Assembly: GCA_041640595.1 (NCBI GenBank)
Contig: JBEPZY010000001.1
Location: 96,001 to 160,000, forward strand
Direction: 5' to 3'
Length of the DNA stretch: 64,000 bases
DNA from: Gemmatales bacterium
Lineage (GTDB): Bacteria > Planctomycetota > Planctomycetia > Gemmatales > HRBIN36
The position numbers were made by a program, and so were the translations under genes. The notes below the pieces were generated by a model. The model had not been told where the DNA came from. It ran no database searches and was given only the letters and a program-made list of their open reading frames with translations. Each line of letters starts with the position of its first letter. Positions within the stretch are counted from its first letter, which is position 1. Of the stretch, positions 10,438 to 22,000 are shown one piece after another.

Positions 10438-11838
10438 TCATTTCAAGTCGGGATCGCGGGTCTCTTTACGCAATTCCTCTAAGCGCTGGCGAAGTTGCTT
10501 AACCAGTAGTTCGGTTCCTGGCTTGCCGTAGAGGTTTTCGCGTTCTTCAGGATCATTTTGCAAGTCGTAAAGCTCAAATTCCTGGGGGTCTTCGTAATAA
10601 TGGATAAACTTGTATCTCTCGGTGCGGATACCTCGATGCTTGCGAACACTGTGGGGACCGGGATATTCATAGTACTCGTACAACCAATCGCTCCGCCAAT
10701 CCGAAGGCGTTTCGCCTTTCAGGAGTGGCACCAAACTTCGTCCCTGCATGTGTTTAGGTATCGATATCCGCGCCAATTCCAGCACAGTTGGAGCGATGTC
10801 TAAATTCAGCACCATCTTATCGCACGTGGAACCGGCCTTAATAAGCGGAGGATAACGGACTAGGAGCGGCACACGAATGCTCGGTTCATGCATGAAACGC
10901 TTATCGAATGCCTGCCACTCGCCCAGGAAGAAACCGTTGTCGGAAGTGTAAAAGATCACAGTTTTATCCAGGGTACCGGACTTTTCCAGGGCCTTGATGA
11001 CCTTGCCGACGTTTTCATCTACCGCCACTATAGTGGCATAATAATCCTTGACAAAGGTATCGAGACTGGCGACATCTTGAAAAGAGCCAATCTTGTTGTC
11101 AGCTTCATGGAATGCGCGGGGCTTGCCTGGCGAACCTTGGGCTCGCAGATCATAAGTGGGCGGTTTAGGGATGCTAATGCCCTTGAATAAGTCCTGGTGT
11201 CGGGTTGCTCGTGTCCAGGGACGGTGAGGCGCCTTGAACCAGAGAAACAGGCAAAACGGCTTCGTCCTTGGCCGATTGAGCCAGGCGATTGCCTTATCTG
11301 TGACTATGTCGTCCATGTAACCCGAATACATAACATCCTTGCCGTCTGTGCCTTCAGCGATGCGGGGATTTAGATAGGCTCCCTGACCTAGATAGCCGAA
11401 ATAATAGTCCCAGCGACGGTCGCGCAAAGCGCCGGCAACATGCGATTTGCCGCAGAAGGCTACTTCATAGCCCGCTTCACGAAGGTAATCGGAAAGAATT
11501 GGCATGTCTTTGGGAATTCGGCGATTTTTGTTGTCAATGACGCCGTGGACGTGCGAATAAACTCCGGTAAGTAAAGTAGCACGGCTGGGCGCACAGAGCG
11601 AATTGGTGACGAACATGTTACGAAACCGTATGCCTTCATGGGCGAGGCGGTCAATATGAGGCGTCTTGAGAATCGTGTTTCCGGCACAACTCAGTGCGTC
11701 GGCTCGCTGGTCATCGGTCATAAAAATAATAATGTTAGGCCGTTCACCGGCCTGGCAAGCAGCGAAAAAGCCACCAAAATTAGCGGCTGCAAGTGTGATA
11801 GCCAAGGAGATAAGCAGTTGCAGGCTGGGCTTGGGCAT
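10438..11838 (-). CDS. Formylglycine-dependent (S1) sulfatase
   Basis: RPNII..MTDDQ, TPHID, CAPSRATLLTG (CxPxR), GKSH, SDNG, DKR, ELYDL..DPEE..NL; signal peptide. Confidence 0.95.
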   Translation of the reverse strand: MPKPSLQLLISLAITLAAANFGGFFAACQAGERPNIIIFMTDDQRADALSCAGNTILKTPHIDRLAHEGIRFRNMFVTNSLCAPSRATLLTGVYSHVHGVIDNKNRRIPKDMPILSDYLREAGYEVAFCGKSHVAGALRDRRWDYYFGYLGQGAYLNPRIAEGTDGKDVMYSGYMDDIVTDKAIAWLNRPRTKPFCLFLWFKAPHRPWTRATRHQDLFKGISIPKPPTYDLRAQGSPGKPRAFHEADNKIGSFQDVASLDTFVKDYYATIVAVDENVGKVIKALEKSGTLDKTVIFYTSDNGFFLGEWQAFDKRFMHEPSIRVPLLVRYPPLIKAGSTCDKMVLNLDIAPTVLELARISIPKHMQGRSLVPLLKGETPSDWRSDWLYEYYEYPGPHSVRKHRGIRTERYKFIHYYEDPQEFELYDLQNDPEERENLYGKPGTELLVKQLRQRLEELRKETRDPDLK

Positions 11839-11852
11839 GGCCGGTAGATCTC

Positions 11853-12596
11853 CTAAATGTAAGTTTGCGTGGTCGGTTTGATAATGAGCTCGGGAACAGA
11901 TGCATGTGGCGGTAAGGTGGCAACGTACAGTATAGCGCGGGCTACGTCTATAGGTTTGAGTATGCGCTGGCGGTGTTCGGGGGGAGGAGGTGAGGGTCGC
12001 ATTTCCAGAATGGGTGTGTCCACTTCGCCTGGGAATATGGTGGCTACACGAATGCCGCGAGCGGATAACTCCGCAGCTAGGCAGGTGGCTAGTGCTGCCA
12101 GACCGGCTTTGGCGGCGCTATAGGCAGCTCCGCCTAAAGGTGAGGCCCGTTTACCAGCGATGGAACTTACGTTGATAATGTAACCGCTGCCACGCTCTAA
12201 CATGGCTGGCAGCAAGGCATGGATGCAATAGAACGCACCGGACAGGTTGGTGCGGATAAGCATGTCCCACGATTCCGGCGTAAGCTGCGTGACCGCACGC
12301 TGAGCGATATTGGTGCCAGCGTTGTTGATCAGGAAGTCCACATGAGTGAGCCAGGCGAAAGCCTCACGGGCAGCTTCTTGTACCTGACCGGGATCGCCAA
12401 CATCACAAACGGCAAAGCGGCATCTGTCCTGGCCTAGCTCTTGAGCGACGGCGCTCAATTTTACCCGATTACGGCCGATCAGGAAGACTCGTGCTCCTTC
12501 GGCTACGAACAGCTGAGCAGTGGCCAGTCCGATCCCCGAACTGCCTCCGGTGATGAAAGCTGTTTTACCTTCCAGCTGTCTAGACCCCATCGCCAT
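11853..12596 (-). CDS. Short-chain dehydrogenase/reductase
   Basis: TGGSSGIG, NNAG, NVSS, YSAAK, PGEVDT. Confidence 0.92.
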   Translation of the reverse strand: MAMGSRQLEGKTAFITGGSSGIGLATAQLFVAEGARVFLIGRNRVKLSAVAQELGQDRCRFAVCDVGDPGQVQEAAREAFAWLTHVDFLINNAGTNIAQRAVTQLTPESWDMLIRTNLSGAFYCIHALLPAMLERGSGYIINVSSIAGKRASPLGGAAYSAAKAGLAALATCLAAELSARGIRVATIFPGEVDTPILEMRPSPPPPEHRQRILKPIDVARAILYVATLPPHASVPELIIKPTTQTYI

Positions 12597-12834
12597 TTGC
12601 TCCGCAAGAGACCGCTGCCGGCGGTTGCTCCTGCGGGTAAGGATACGAAGAACCCCGCTCCTGATTCAAGACTCGGCGATGGGAAAATATGGACGATAAT
12701 CTGCACGGTAGAGTCGCGTTTATCTTGGTTCGGTGATGTCTTCCATCGGGCATGGACACACGTATAACGCGTTCCACGCTGGCGGCTCACTGGCCAGATG
12801 CGGCCAGTTGTTCTAACTTGGAAGCGACTACTTT

Positions 12835-13158
12835 TCACTTTTCAGGTTTGGTATCGCTGGGCTTTGCGTCAGGAATACCACGCAGTTTGAGATACAGTTC
12901 CTTTTGCTGCGGTGTGAGGACGGCAAAGATTTGCGTCCGCTCTTCCTCGCGGAGCTTTTTGATCTGAGCTTCCAGAGCTTCCACTTTGGCGTCGTATTCG
13001 GCCTGGATTTTGTAAATCTTCTGCTTTTGCTCGTCGCTCAGGCCAAGTTTGGCAAAGCCCTGGGGTAGCCGACCTTTGACTTTCTCCTGTGCCACACCCA
13101 CGCCGACTACCAGGCACAACACCGCTGCGGTTAGCCATGCGATGACCCGTAGGTGCAT
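12835..13158 (-). CDS. Small secreted helical protein (Spy/CpxP LTxxQ-like)
   Basis: Signal peptide, LGLSDEQKQKI...VLTPQQKE motifs; SD GGAGGAG 5 nt before ATG 13158. Confidence 0.7.
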   Translation of the reverse strand: MHLRVIAWLTAAVLCLVVGVGVAQEKVKGRLPQGFAKLGLSDEQKQKIYKIQAEYDAKVEALEAQIKKLREEERTQIFAVLTPQQKELYLKLRGIPDAKPSDTKPEK

Positions 13159-13224
13159 GTGCACTCCTCCTGTTGCTGAAGCGTGTCCGAGAACCACCCT
13201 GGCCCCGCGGCCAAGGTTACGCTC

Positions 13225-13254
13225 ATGGTAGCGAAAACCGACCGGCTGTGTCAA
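13225..13254 (-). promoter_or_regulatory. Sigma70-type promoter candidate for the 13158 gene
   Basis: Minus strand reads TTGACA-N18-TACCAT, 66 nt upstream of the ATG. Confidence 0.55.
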
Positions 13255-13524
13255 GAAAAAATGGCAAAAATGTTATCAGCCACCAGAGGATTCGGGTAAA
13301 CGCTTGAGATTTTGCCAGGTACTCCTGGCGAATTGTAAACCCATACCGGTGCATTGTAACGCCGTTTGCGAGCATTTTTGGGCGTGGCCAGGGGGAAGAA
13401 GTGCTCCAGCTGTGCTGGCAGCAGCGTCGAACGGGGTGAAGCTCGGCAGCAACCAGGTTGGTCCACCCTGGCCAGCGATCAGCTGCAAGAGTAACGGTTG
13501 CTGATGCACGTGCCGGCAGGTGTG

Positions 13525-13548
13525 AAAAACGCGGATCAGTCGCGTTTT
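13525..13548 (-). terminator. Possible intrinsic terminator downstream of accC
   Basis: AAAAACGCG-gatcagt-CGCGTTTT inverted repeat about 45 nt after the accC stop; gives a U-tract in both orientations, but the GC stem is short. Confidence 0.4.
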
Positions 13549-13591
13549 GCGAAGACCCTGTAAAGGCAAGCTGCTCACAAGCGGGCAGCGA

Positions 13592-14977
13592 TTACCGTAG
13601 GGAGGCGGCGAGTTTGGCATCGCGTCCGCTTTGCTCACCGCTCATCCAGAATCGTTCGACGAAAGTGGTGTCCACCTGGCCTTCGATGAACGCCGAGTGG
13701 TTGAGAATCTCGCGGTGCAGCGGGATAGTGGTTTTGATTCCTTCGACGATAAACTCGCGCAAAGCGCGACGCATCACCGCCAGCGCTTCTTCGCGGGTGG
13801 GTTGCCAGACGAGGAGTTTGGCGATGAGCGAATCATAGTTGGGCGGGACGCGGTAACCCTGCACGACGTGGGAATCGAGCCGCACGCCCGGCCCGCCTGG
13901 CGGTTGCCAGCGCGTAACTACTCCCGGACACGGAGCGAAACCACGGTACGGATCTTCGGCATTGATGCGACATTCGATAGCCGCTCCGCGATGAACGACC
14001 TGGCGCTGGGTAAAGCTGAGAGGATAGCCTGCGGCTACGCGAATCTGTTCTCGCACCAGGTCAATGCCGGTGACCAGTTCGGTAACCGGATGTTCGACCT
14101 GAATGCGTGCGTTGACCTCGATGAAGTAAAAATTGCCTTGCTTGTCCACGAGGAACTCGCAGGTGCCGGCGTTGTAATAGCCGGCGGTTTTGGCAAGTCG
14201 AACAGCGGCTTTGCAGATCTCCTCTCGCAATTGCGGGGGCAGATTGGGAGCGGGCGATTCTTCGATGAGTTTCTGGTGGCGTCGTTGCATGGAACAATCG
14301 CGTTCCCACAGGTGCACTACTTCGCCCTTCTGGTCGCCGATGATTTGCACCTCGACGTGGCGTGGTTGTTCGAGGTATTTTTCGATGTACAGGCTGCCGT
14401 CTTTGAAAGCGCTTTCGGCTTCTGCGCGGGCCTGTTTGATGGCGGCCTGGAGGCTGATGTCATTGCGGGCAACACGCATACCGCGACCACCGCCGCCTGC
14501 GGCTGCCTTGATGAGCACGGGATAGCCAATTTCGCGGGCCACGCGCAGGGCTTCGGCATCGCTGCCGATGAGATCGCTGCCTGGTACGATGGGCACCTTG
14601 GCTTCACGGGCCAGCTGGCGGGCTTCGTGCTTGTTGCCGAGCTTGCGCATCGCTTCCACCGGCGGGCCGATGAATTCGATGTTGCACGATCGGCAAATTT
14701 CCGCGAAATGCGGGTTCTCGGACAGGAAGCCGTAGCCGGGATGAATCGCCTCGACGTCGGCGACCTCGGCAGCGGCAATGATCCGCGAGATGTTGAGGTA
14801 ACTCTCGGCGGCCGGAGGTGGCCCAATGCAGATCGCCTCATCGGCCAGTTCCAACCAGGGTGCTCCGCGATCCGCCTCGCTATAGACAGCGACAACCTCG
14901 ATGCCCAGATCGCGGCAGGCGCGAATGACGCGTAGAGCGATTTCACCGCGGTTCGCGACGAGAATACGCTGGAACAT
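13592..14977 (-). CDS. accC: Acetyl-CoA carboxylase biotin carboxylase subunit
   Basis: [58 protein letters not shown]. Confidence 0.97.
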   Translation of the reverse strand: MFQRILVANRGEIALRVIRACRDLGIEVVAVYSEADRGAPWLELADEAICIGPPPAAESYLNISRIIAAAEVADVEAIHPGYGFLSENPHFAEICRSCNIEFIGPPVEAMRKLGNKHEARQLAREAKVPIVPGSDLIGSDAEALRVAREIGYPVLIKAAAGGGGRGMRVARNDISLQAAIKQARAEAESAFKDGSLYIEKYLEQPRHVEVQIIGDQKGEVVHLWERDCSMQRRHQKLIEESPAPNLPPQLREEICKAAVRLAKTAGYYNAGTCEFLVDKQGNFYFIEVNARIQVEHPVTELVTGIDLVREQIRVAAGYPLSFTQRQVVHRGAAIECRINAEDPYRGFAPCPGVVTRWQPPGGPGVRLDSHVVQGYRVPPNYDSLIAKLLVWQPTREEALAVMRRALREFIVEGIKTTIPLHREILNHSAFIEGQVDTTFVERFWMSGEQSGRDAKLAASLR

Positions 14978-14988
14978 GGCTCCTTCCG

Positions 14989-15501
14989 TTATGCTGAAGT
15001 GTCCACGCGAAAGAGCACCTGGCCGTACTCCACCGGCTGCTGGTTCTGCACGCATATTTCCACAATTACGCCGCTACAATCGGCCGTGATCTCGTTGAAA
15101 ACTTTCATGGCCTCAATCAGACAGACGACGGTGTCCGGTTGCACTCGGGAACCGACGCGCACAAAAGGTTCGGCATCGGGCGAAGGAGCGGCGTAGAAGG
15201 TGCCTGGAGTTGGGCTTTTGATCTCGTGGAGTTTTTTCGGCGGTTTCGATTCTGCGGGTGCTGAAGTAGGGGTCGGGGTCGGCGGCGCAGGTACGGGGAC
15301 GCTGGGAGCAGGCGGAACCGTGGCGGGCAGGGCAGCGGGAGTCGCCGACTCTACTACGGCGGCCTTTCGCTTCAGTTTGAGACGATTTTTGCCGTCCCGC
15401 CATTCCAGTTCCGTCAACTCATATTTCGCCATCAGCTGGATCAGTTGCCGGACGGTATTCAAATCGAAGGGATTGGCAGTGCCTTCGCCGGTATTCGGCA
15501 C
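14989..15501 (-). CDS. accB: Biotin carboxyl carrier protein
   Basis: Pro/Ala linker, [13 protein letters not shown] biotinylation motif, PVEYGQ; GTG start behind AGGAGG. Confidence 0.95.
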   Translation of the reverse strand: MPNTGEGTANPFDLNTVRQLIQLMAKYELTELEWRDGKNRLKLKRKAAVVESATPAALPATVPPAPSVPVPAPPTPTPTSAPAESKPPKKLHEIKSPTPGTFYAAPSPDAEPFVRVGSRVQPDTVVCLIEAMKVFNEITADCSGVIVEICVQNQQPVEYGQVLFRVDTSA

Positions 15502-15569
15502 GGAAAGCCCTCCTGGTCGGCAGAACCGCAAGCGGCCCGCAAATCAGGAGCCGATTCGCGGAAGAATGG

Positions 15570-16655
15570 TTATCGGAAAAGCGATTGCAGTTCGCAGGGG
15601 AACTGGCTGAGCAATTCGCAGCCATCGTTGGTGATGAGGATATCCTGTTCCAGCCGCACTCCGCCCCATTCCGGAAAATACAGGCCCGGCTCAATGGTCA
15701 GCACCATGCCAGGCTGAAGCGGCTGTTCGTTACCGGGCCGAAGAATGGGCTGCTCGTGCACTTCCAGACCGATACCATGCCCAGTGCTGTGCAGGAAATA
15801 CTCTCCGAAGCCGCAATCCGCCAGGGCAGCCAGCACCGTCTCGTGCACCTGACAGGCTGGGATGCCCGGTCGCAGGACAGCCAAAGCTCGTTCGAGAGCC
15901 TGGCGAACGGTTTGGTAAGCCGTTCGCAGACGCGGCGAGATTGTACGGCCAGCAAAAACGCGGGTCAAGTCGCTCTTATAGCCGCAATCCGCGCCCCAAT
16001 CCACCAGCAGGACTTCGCAATCTCCAATAGGCTTTCGGCGTGCTCGCGCGTGGGGATGGGCGGCGCGTTCATCGGCGGCAACAATAACCGGAAAACTGCC
16101 ACATTCCGCCCCTTCTTCCCGCAATAACAACTCGAGCCGGTCCGCTAATGTTTTCTCGGTGTCGGTAGGTCGCACGGTTTCAAGCCAACGCAACAAAGCG
16201 CGTTCGGCAACGGTAATGGCGTGGCGAATCGAAGCGATTTCCTCAGGGTCTTTGCAGGCCCGTTCCGCTTCCACCAGACCGCGAACCGGTAGGACAGCCA
16301 CTTCGCGGAGTTTGTCGCCTAACTGTTCCCAATCGGCGTGGGGGATGTGATCGGCAGGGCAGGCCAGTTTCTGCCAACCCAGTTCCTGCACGACCTGGGC
16401 GGTCAGTTCCACGAGGTTACCGCCCACTGGTCGCAACCGCACGGTCAAATCCGGGCATTCTTCCGCCAGTTGCTGGGCGTAACGCTTATCGCTCAGCGCA
16501 ATCGCTTCGGTCTGGCTCAGTAGCAACCACGTGCTATCGCCGGTGAAACCGGTTAAATAGCGAACATTAGCGACGCCTACGACCAGTAAACCGTCGGCCG
16601 GTTCGGGCAATCGCCCCAGCACGCTTTGACGCCGGCGTTGGTAGTCAAAAGTCAT
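15570..16655 (-). CDS. Xaa-Pro aminopeptidase (M24 family)
   Basis: NVRYLTGFTG, VDWGA, YKSDLTR, HSTGHGIGLEVHE, TIEPGLY, GVRLE.DIL. Confidence 0.92.
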   Translation of the reverse strand: MTFDYQRRRQSVLGRLPEPADGLLVVGVANVRYLTGFTGDSTWLLLSQTEAIALSDKRYAQQLAEECPDLTVRLRPVGGNLVELTAQVVQELGWQKLACPADHIPHADWEQLGDKLREVAVLPVRGLVEAERACKDPEEIASIRHAITVAERALLRWLETVRPTDTEKTLADRLELLLREEGAECGSFPVIVAADERAAHPHARARRKPIGDCEVLLVDWGADCGYKSDLTRVFAGRTISPRLRTAYQTVRQALERALAVLRPGIPACQVHETVLAALADCGFGEYFLHSTGHGIGLEVHEQPILRPGNEQPLQPGMVLTIEPGLYFPEWGGVRLEQDILITNDGCELLSQFPCELQSLFR

Positions 16656-16696
16656 GCGGAACACCAGACCCGATTGTTGGGCACACTGAAAGGCAA

Positions 16697-17767
16697 TTAG
16701 CTGGAGCGACTCCACGCATTGCGGAAAAAGCGTACCCAATTGCGGTAAAAGATATTGCGGATGTCCTCTTCGGAGTAGCCGCGTCTTCGCAATAGCCCCG
16801 CCAGTTTCTGGAGGTCGGCAATGGATTGGAGATCGTGCGGAGTTTGTTCTGTACCGAAGCCGCCATCCAGGTCGCTACCAATGGCAGCGTGGCGACTGTT
16901 CCCCGCCAGCTGGCAGACATGGTCTATATGGTCCACGATGGCTTCCATGCTGACGACTTCCGGACTGGTTTGTCCCCGTATCCAATTCGGGTAAAGCATC
17001 CAGGCATCGCAGGCGGCACCGATCACAGCGTCGCGCTCGAGTAGCTGACGGATTTGCTCGTCGGTGAGTTGACGTTGATGCGGTACCAGCGCCCGACAAT
17101 TGTGATGACTGGCGAGCACCGGGCCATGATAGATTTCCAGTGCTTCGGCAAAGCTCTGGTCGGCCAGATGCGTTACGTCCAGGATCATGCCGATGCGTTC
17201 CATCTCGCGGAGTAAATCACGTCCTGCTGGAAATAATCCTCCTTCGGTGCCCGTGCCGTGAGCATAGGGGCTGACTCCGTAGTGAGCCGGGCCGATAATC
17301 CGCAAGCCTCGCTCGTACCATTGCTCCACCTGTGCCGGCGAGAGCACCCCGTCGCCCCCTTCCATGCTGAGGATGAAGTAAAGCGGCGTGTTCTCGGAGC
17401 CGCCGTGCTCCCAGGCGGCGACGGCGGCGTCGAGCTCCTGGACATTGCGAATCCAGCGAAGCACTCCACGTTCCACCTGGGCTTGGTAATACGCGAGCTG
17501 ACCACAGACGGCCGCATAAGCGGCTACCATGGAGCGGTACGGTTGCAACGGCGGCATAGTTTCGCGGAGCAAACGTGGTAATAGGGTCATAATGCTCAAA
17601 CCCACTTGCCCTTTGCGCATTTCCGGAAAACAAACCGTGTTGCGTCCGCGACCCTTGCCGGTCATTCCCGCTTCAGCAGCACGGATTACCTCCAGCGGTT
17701 GCTCGTAGTCGCGGTTCCAGTCGAGAGCGTTCCAGGCTACGTCAAGATGCGCGTCGAACACAAGCAT
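16697..17767 (-). CDS. Membrane dipeptidase (M19 family)
   Basis: FDAHLD, SMEG, LDVTH, ASHHN, DHIDH, IGSDLDG. Confidence 0.92.
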   Translation of the reverse strand: MLVFDAHLDVAWNALDWNRDYEQPLEVIRAAEAGMTGKGRGRNTVCFPEMRKGQVGLSIMTLLPRLLRETMPPLQPYRSMVAAYAAVCGQLAYYQAQVERGVLRWIRNVQELDAAVAAWEHGGSENTPLYFILSMEGGDGVLSPAQVEQWYERGLRIIGPAHYGVSPYAHGTGTEGGLFPAGRDLLREMERIGMILDVTHLADQSFAEALEIYHGPVLASHHNCRALVPHQRQLTDEQIRQLLERDAVIGAACDAWMLYPNWIRGQTSPEVVSMEAIVDHIDHVCQLAGNSRHAAIGSDLDGGFGTEQTPHDLQSIADLQKLAGLLRRRGYSEEDIRNIFYRNWVRFFRNAWSRSS

Positions 17768-17888
17768 GATTAATTCCTCATCGCAGTCGTTTGCTCAGAT
17801 TGCTCCAGCATCTTTCGCTCAGCCACAAGGGACGGGCGGCAGAGCAGGGGGCACGGTTACCGCGCGGGCAGTTCGCATTGGCCAACGC

Positions 17889-18989
17889 TCAGATGGCTTC
17901 GGCAAAACGCATCACCGGCACAGGTCGGGCTGGTCGAAACCGCTCTACGGTCTGCCATTCGATCTCGACCTGGTGCTCAGTCAATGTCCGCTCAACCGAT
18001 TCCTTAACCGCTTGCCAGAGGACTTCCGGATCACTGGCCACGCGGGCATTGAGAACCAAGTGTGCTTCCTGAACCGCTTGCACAGACGAGCGCGTCAATT
18101 GCGGTTGGCCTGTCAGATGCACCACCTGGCAAGCAGATAAACCTGCCGAGGTATGCAACAATCCTTTCAGATGAGCGATTTCGGCTCCCGCGGTTTGCAG
18201 TCGCTCCTGTATCCGGGCAATGAGCTTGTAGAGCAGCTGATCGGGCATGAACGCTTGGCGAGAAGATAACCGGGCGGTGACGTTGAGCCAGCCAAGCTCG
18301 GCTTCTGCTGCTGCGTAAATGTCGTAATCCACATCGGCGACGTGAACACCGAAGCGGCCGTCCTGTTCCTGAAAGCGCACCAGTTCGTCCATGTTTTCGC
18401 CGGTACGGGCAGACACGAAGAAGATTCGTTTTTCCGGAAAATGCCGTTGCAGCGCCGCCATAAGGTCTTGCCGCTCGGTGGGTGTGAGCAGGTCGCACTT
18501 GTTGACCGCAATCGCGTCGGCTTCCTCGAGTTGCTTCTGGAAGAGGTAGGCGACCTTCGCAGAAAATCCGCCAAACTGGTCTCCCGACAAGATACGTCCG
18601 GCGCGATGGGGGTCGGTCAAAACCACGAATGGGGCGACCTGGTAGCAATTCTGATACAGGCGTTTGAGAGGCTGCACGACCGTCGCCACCAGATCCGTAC
18701 AACTCCCAACAGGCTCGGCAAGGATCAGGTCAGGCCGATCCTCGAGCCGCAAACGTTCGGTAATTTTCAAGAAATCTTCCAGTCGGCAACAGAAACATCC
18801 CCCGGCCACTTCTCGCGCCGGGCTTACCGTGCGGAACAACGATGTGTCCACCAGATTCTCCGCCTGATCGTTGGCAACGAAGGCGACTCGCCGTCCCTGG
18901 CTGAGGTAATGGCGAGCTAACCAGATCAGGGTCGTCGTCTTTCCCGCCCCCAGAAAGCCTCCGACCATCACCAGCCGCACTGGTTTCAT
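17889..18989 (-). CDS. CobW/COG0523-like G3E P-loop GTPase (metallochaperone family)
   Basis: GGFLGAGKTT, GGCFCC (CxCC), AEPVG, QLEEAD, NKCD. Confidence 0.88.
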   Translation of the reverse strand: MKPVRLVMVGGFLGAGKTTTLIWLARHYLSQGRRVAFVANDQAENLVDTSLFRTVSPAREVAGGCFCCRLEDFLKITERLRLEDRPDLILAEPVGSCTDLVATVVQPLKRLYQNCYQVAPFVVLTDPHRAGRILSGDQFGGFSAKVAYLFQKQLEEADAIAVNKCDLLTPTERQDLMAALQRHFPEKRIFFVSARTGENMDELVRFQEQDGRFGVHVADVDYDIYAAAEAELGWLNVTARLSSRQAFMPDQLLYKLIARIQERLQTAGAEIAHLKGLLHTSAGLSACQVVHLTGQPQLTRSSVQAVQEAHLVLNARVASDPEVLWQAVKESVERTLTEHQVEIEWQTVERFRPARPVPVMRFAEAI

Positions 18990-19013
18990 TCTCGGCTCTC
19001 CTTGCGCGCCAGC

Positions 19014-21107
<2,094 letters not shown>

Positions 21108-21132
21108 TCAGGATCATTGTGTGTTCAGGCAA

Positions 21133-21384
21133 CTATTTCCGCAAGCTCCGCCAGCGATCCAGGGCCATGCTGGCCAGCCCGGTTACGATCACCAGCGACA
21201 TTTCAGCCAGCACCAGCTGCCAACCGTACTTCCGCAACCAGCCGGGCAGCTGATCCCACGGCACCACTGCCAGGGCCAAACCGGTCACCACAAAAGCGGT
21301 GCTGCAAATCAGCAGCAAGGCATAGAAAGGGTTGGGCGGCTCTTTTACCGGCGTGGCAGATTTTGTCGGGTGGTCTGCGGACAT
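21133..21384 (-). CDS. Small two-TM hypothetical membrane protein
   Basis: 83-aa ORF with NPFY followed by two hydrophobic helices; fills the ndk-ligA gap. Confidence 0.65.
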   Translation of the reverse strand: MSADHPTKSATPVKEPPNPFYALLLICSTAFVVTGLALAVVPWDQLPGWLRKYGWQLVLAEMSLVIVTGLASMALDRWRSLRK

Positions 21385-21430
21385 GCCGCTTCCGAAGGGC
21401 TCGTTGGCCGGCGATAACCCACGCTCGGCA

Positions 21431-21886
21431 TTATTCGGAGGCCCCGATCCAGCGGACATCGCACGGTTCCCAGCAAACAATTTCTTCCGGACGAAACCAC
21501 AAAGCGATTTCCTGAGCGGCAGTCTCCGGGCTGTCGGAAGCGTGCACCAGATTGTTCTGGACACTGAGAGCGAAATCGCCGCGAATCGTACCTGGCGGTG
21601 CTTTGCTGCCATCGGTGGGTCCGAGCAAATTCCGCACCACCTGCACAGCCTCGCGTCCCTGCCAGACCATAGCCAGTGTCGGGCCGCTGGTGATGAATCG
21701 CAACAGCGACTCGTAAAACGGTTTGCCCCGATGCACAGCGTAGTGCCGTTCCGCTAGGCTTAAATCGGGGCGCAGAAGTTTCGCCGCCACCAGCTGCAAG
21801 CCTTTTTGTTCCAGTCGGCTGATGATCGTACCCACCAGCCGCCGCTGCAAAGCATCAGGTTTAAAGAGCACCAGAGTCTGCTGCAT
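21431..21886 (-). CDS. ndk: Nucleoside diphosphate kinase
   Basis: TLVLFKPDA, HY..H.GKPF, PGTIRGDF, NLVHASDS. Confidence 0.96.
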   Translation of the reverse strand: MQQTLVLFKPDALQRRLVGTIISRLEQKGLQLVAAKLLRPDLSLAERHYAVHRGKPFYESLLRFITSGPTLAMVWQGREAVQVVRNLLGPTDGSKAPPGTIRGDFALSVQNNLVHASDSPETAAQEIALWFRPEEIVCWEPCDVRWIGASE

Positions 21887-22000
21887 CCGTCTGGCTCTCC
21901 CTGAGAAAAAAGGGCAGGTGTTGAGTTGCACCTGCCCTGTACGGACGTTGGTAATCGCGTTACCCGGGACGACAAGCTGCCACCACCGTTTGGGCGATGA

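Noticed and set aside
13631..14935. Long antisense ORFs (434 aa opposite accC; also 184-1158, 22193-23068, 38802-39776, 58445-59509)
   Set aside because: They shadow well-identified genes on the other strand and have no motifs; this is expected from GC-rich codon usage.
15501..15570. Missing efp between the M24 peptidase and accB
   Set aside because: Only 68 nt separate the genes, with no remnant; this is ordinary gene-order variation.
17770..17891. UGA read-through (selenocysteine) at the end of the CobW-like gene
   Set aside because: The extension has no recognisable motif, the UGA is at a plausible protein end, and no convincing bSECIS follows.
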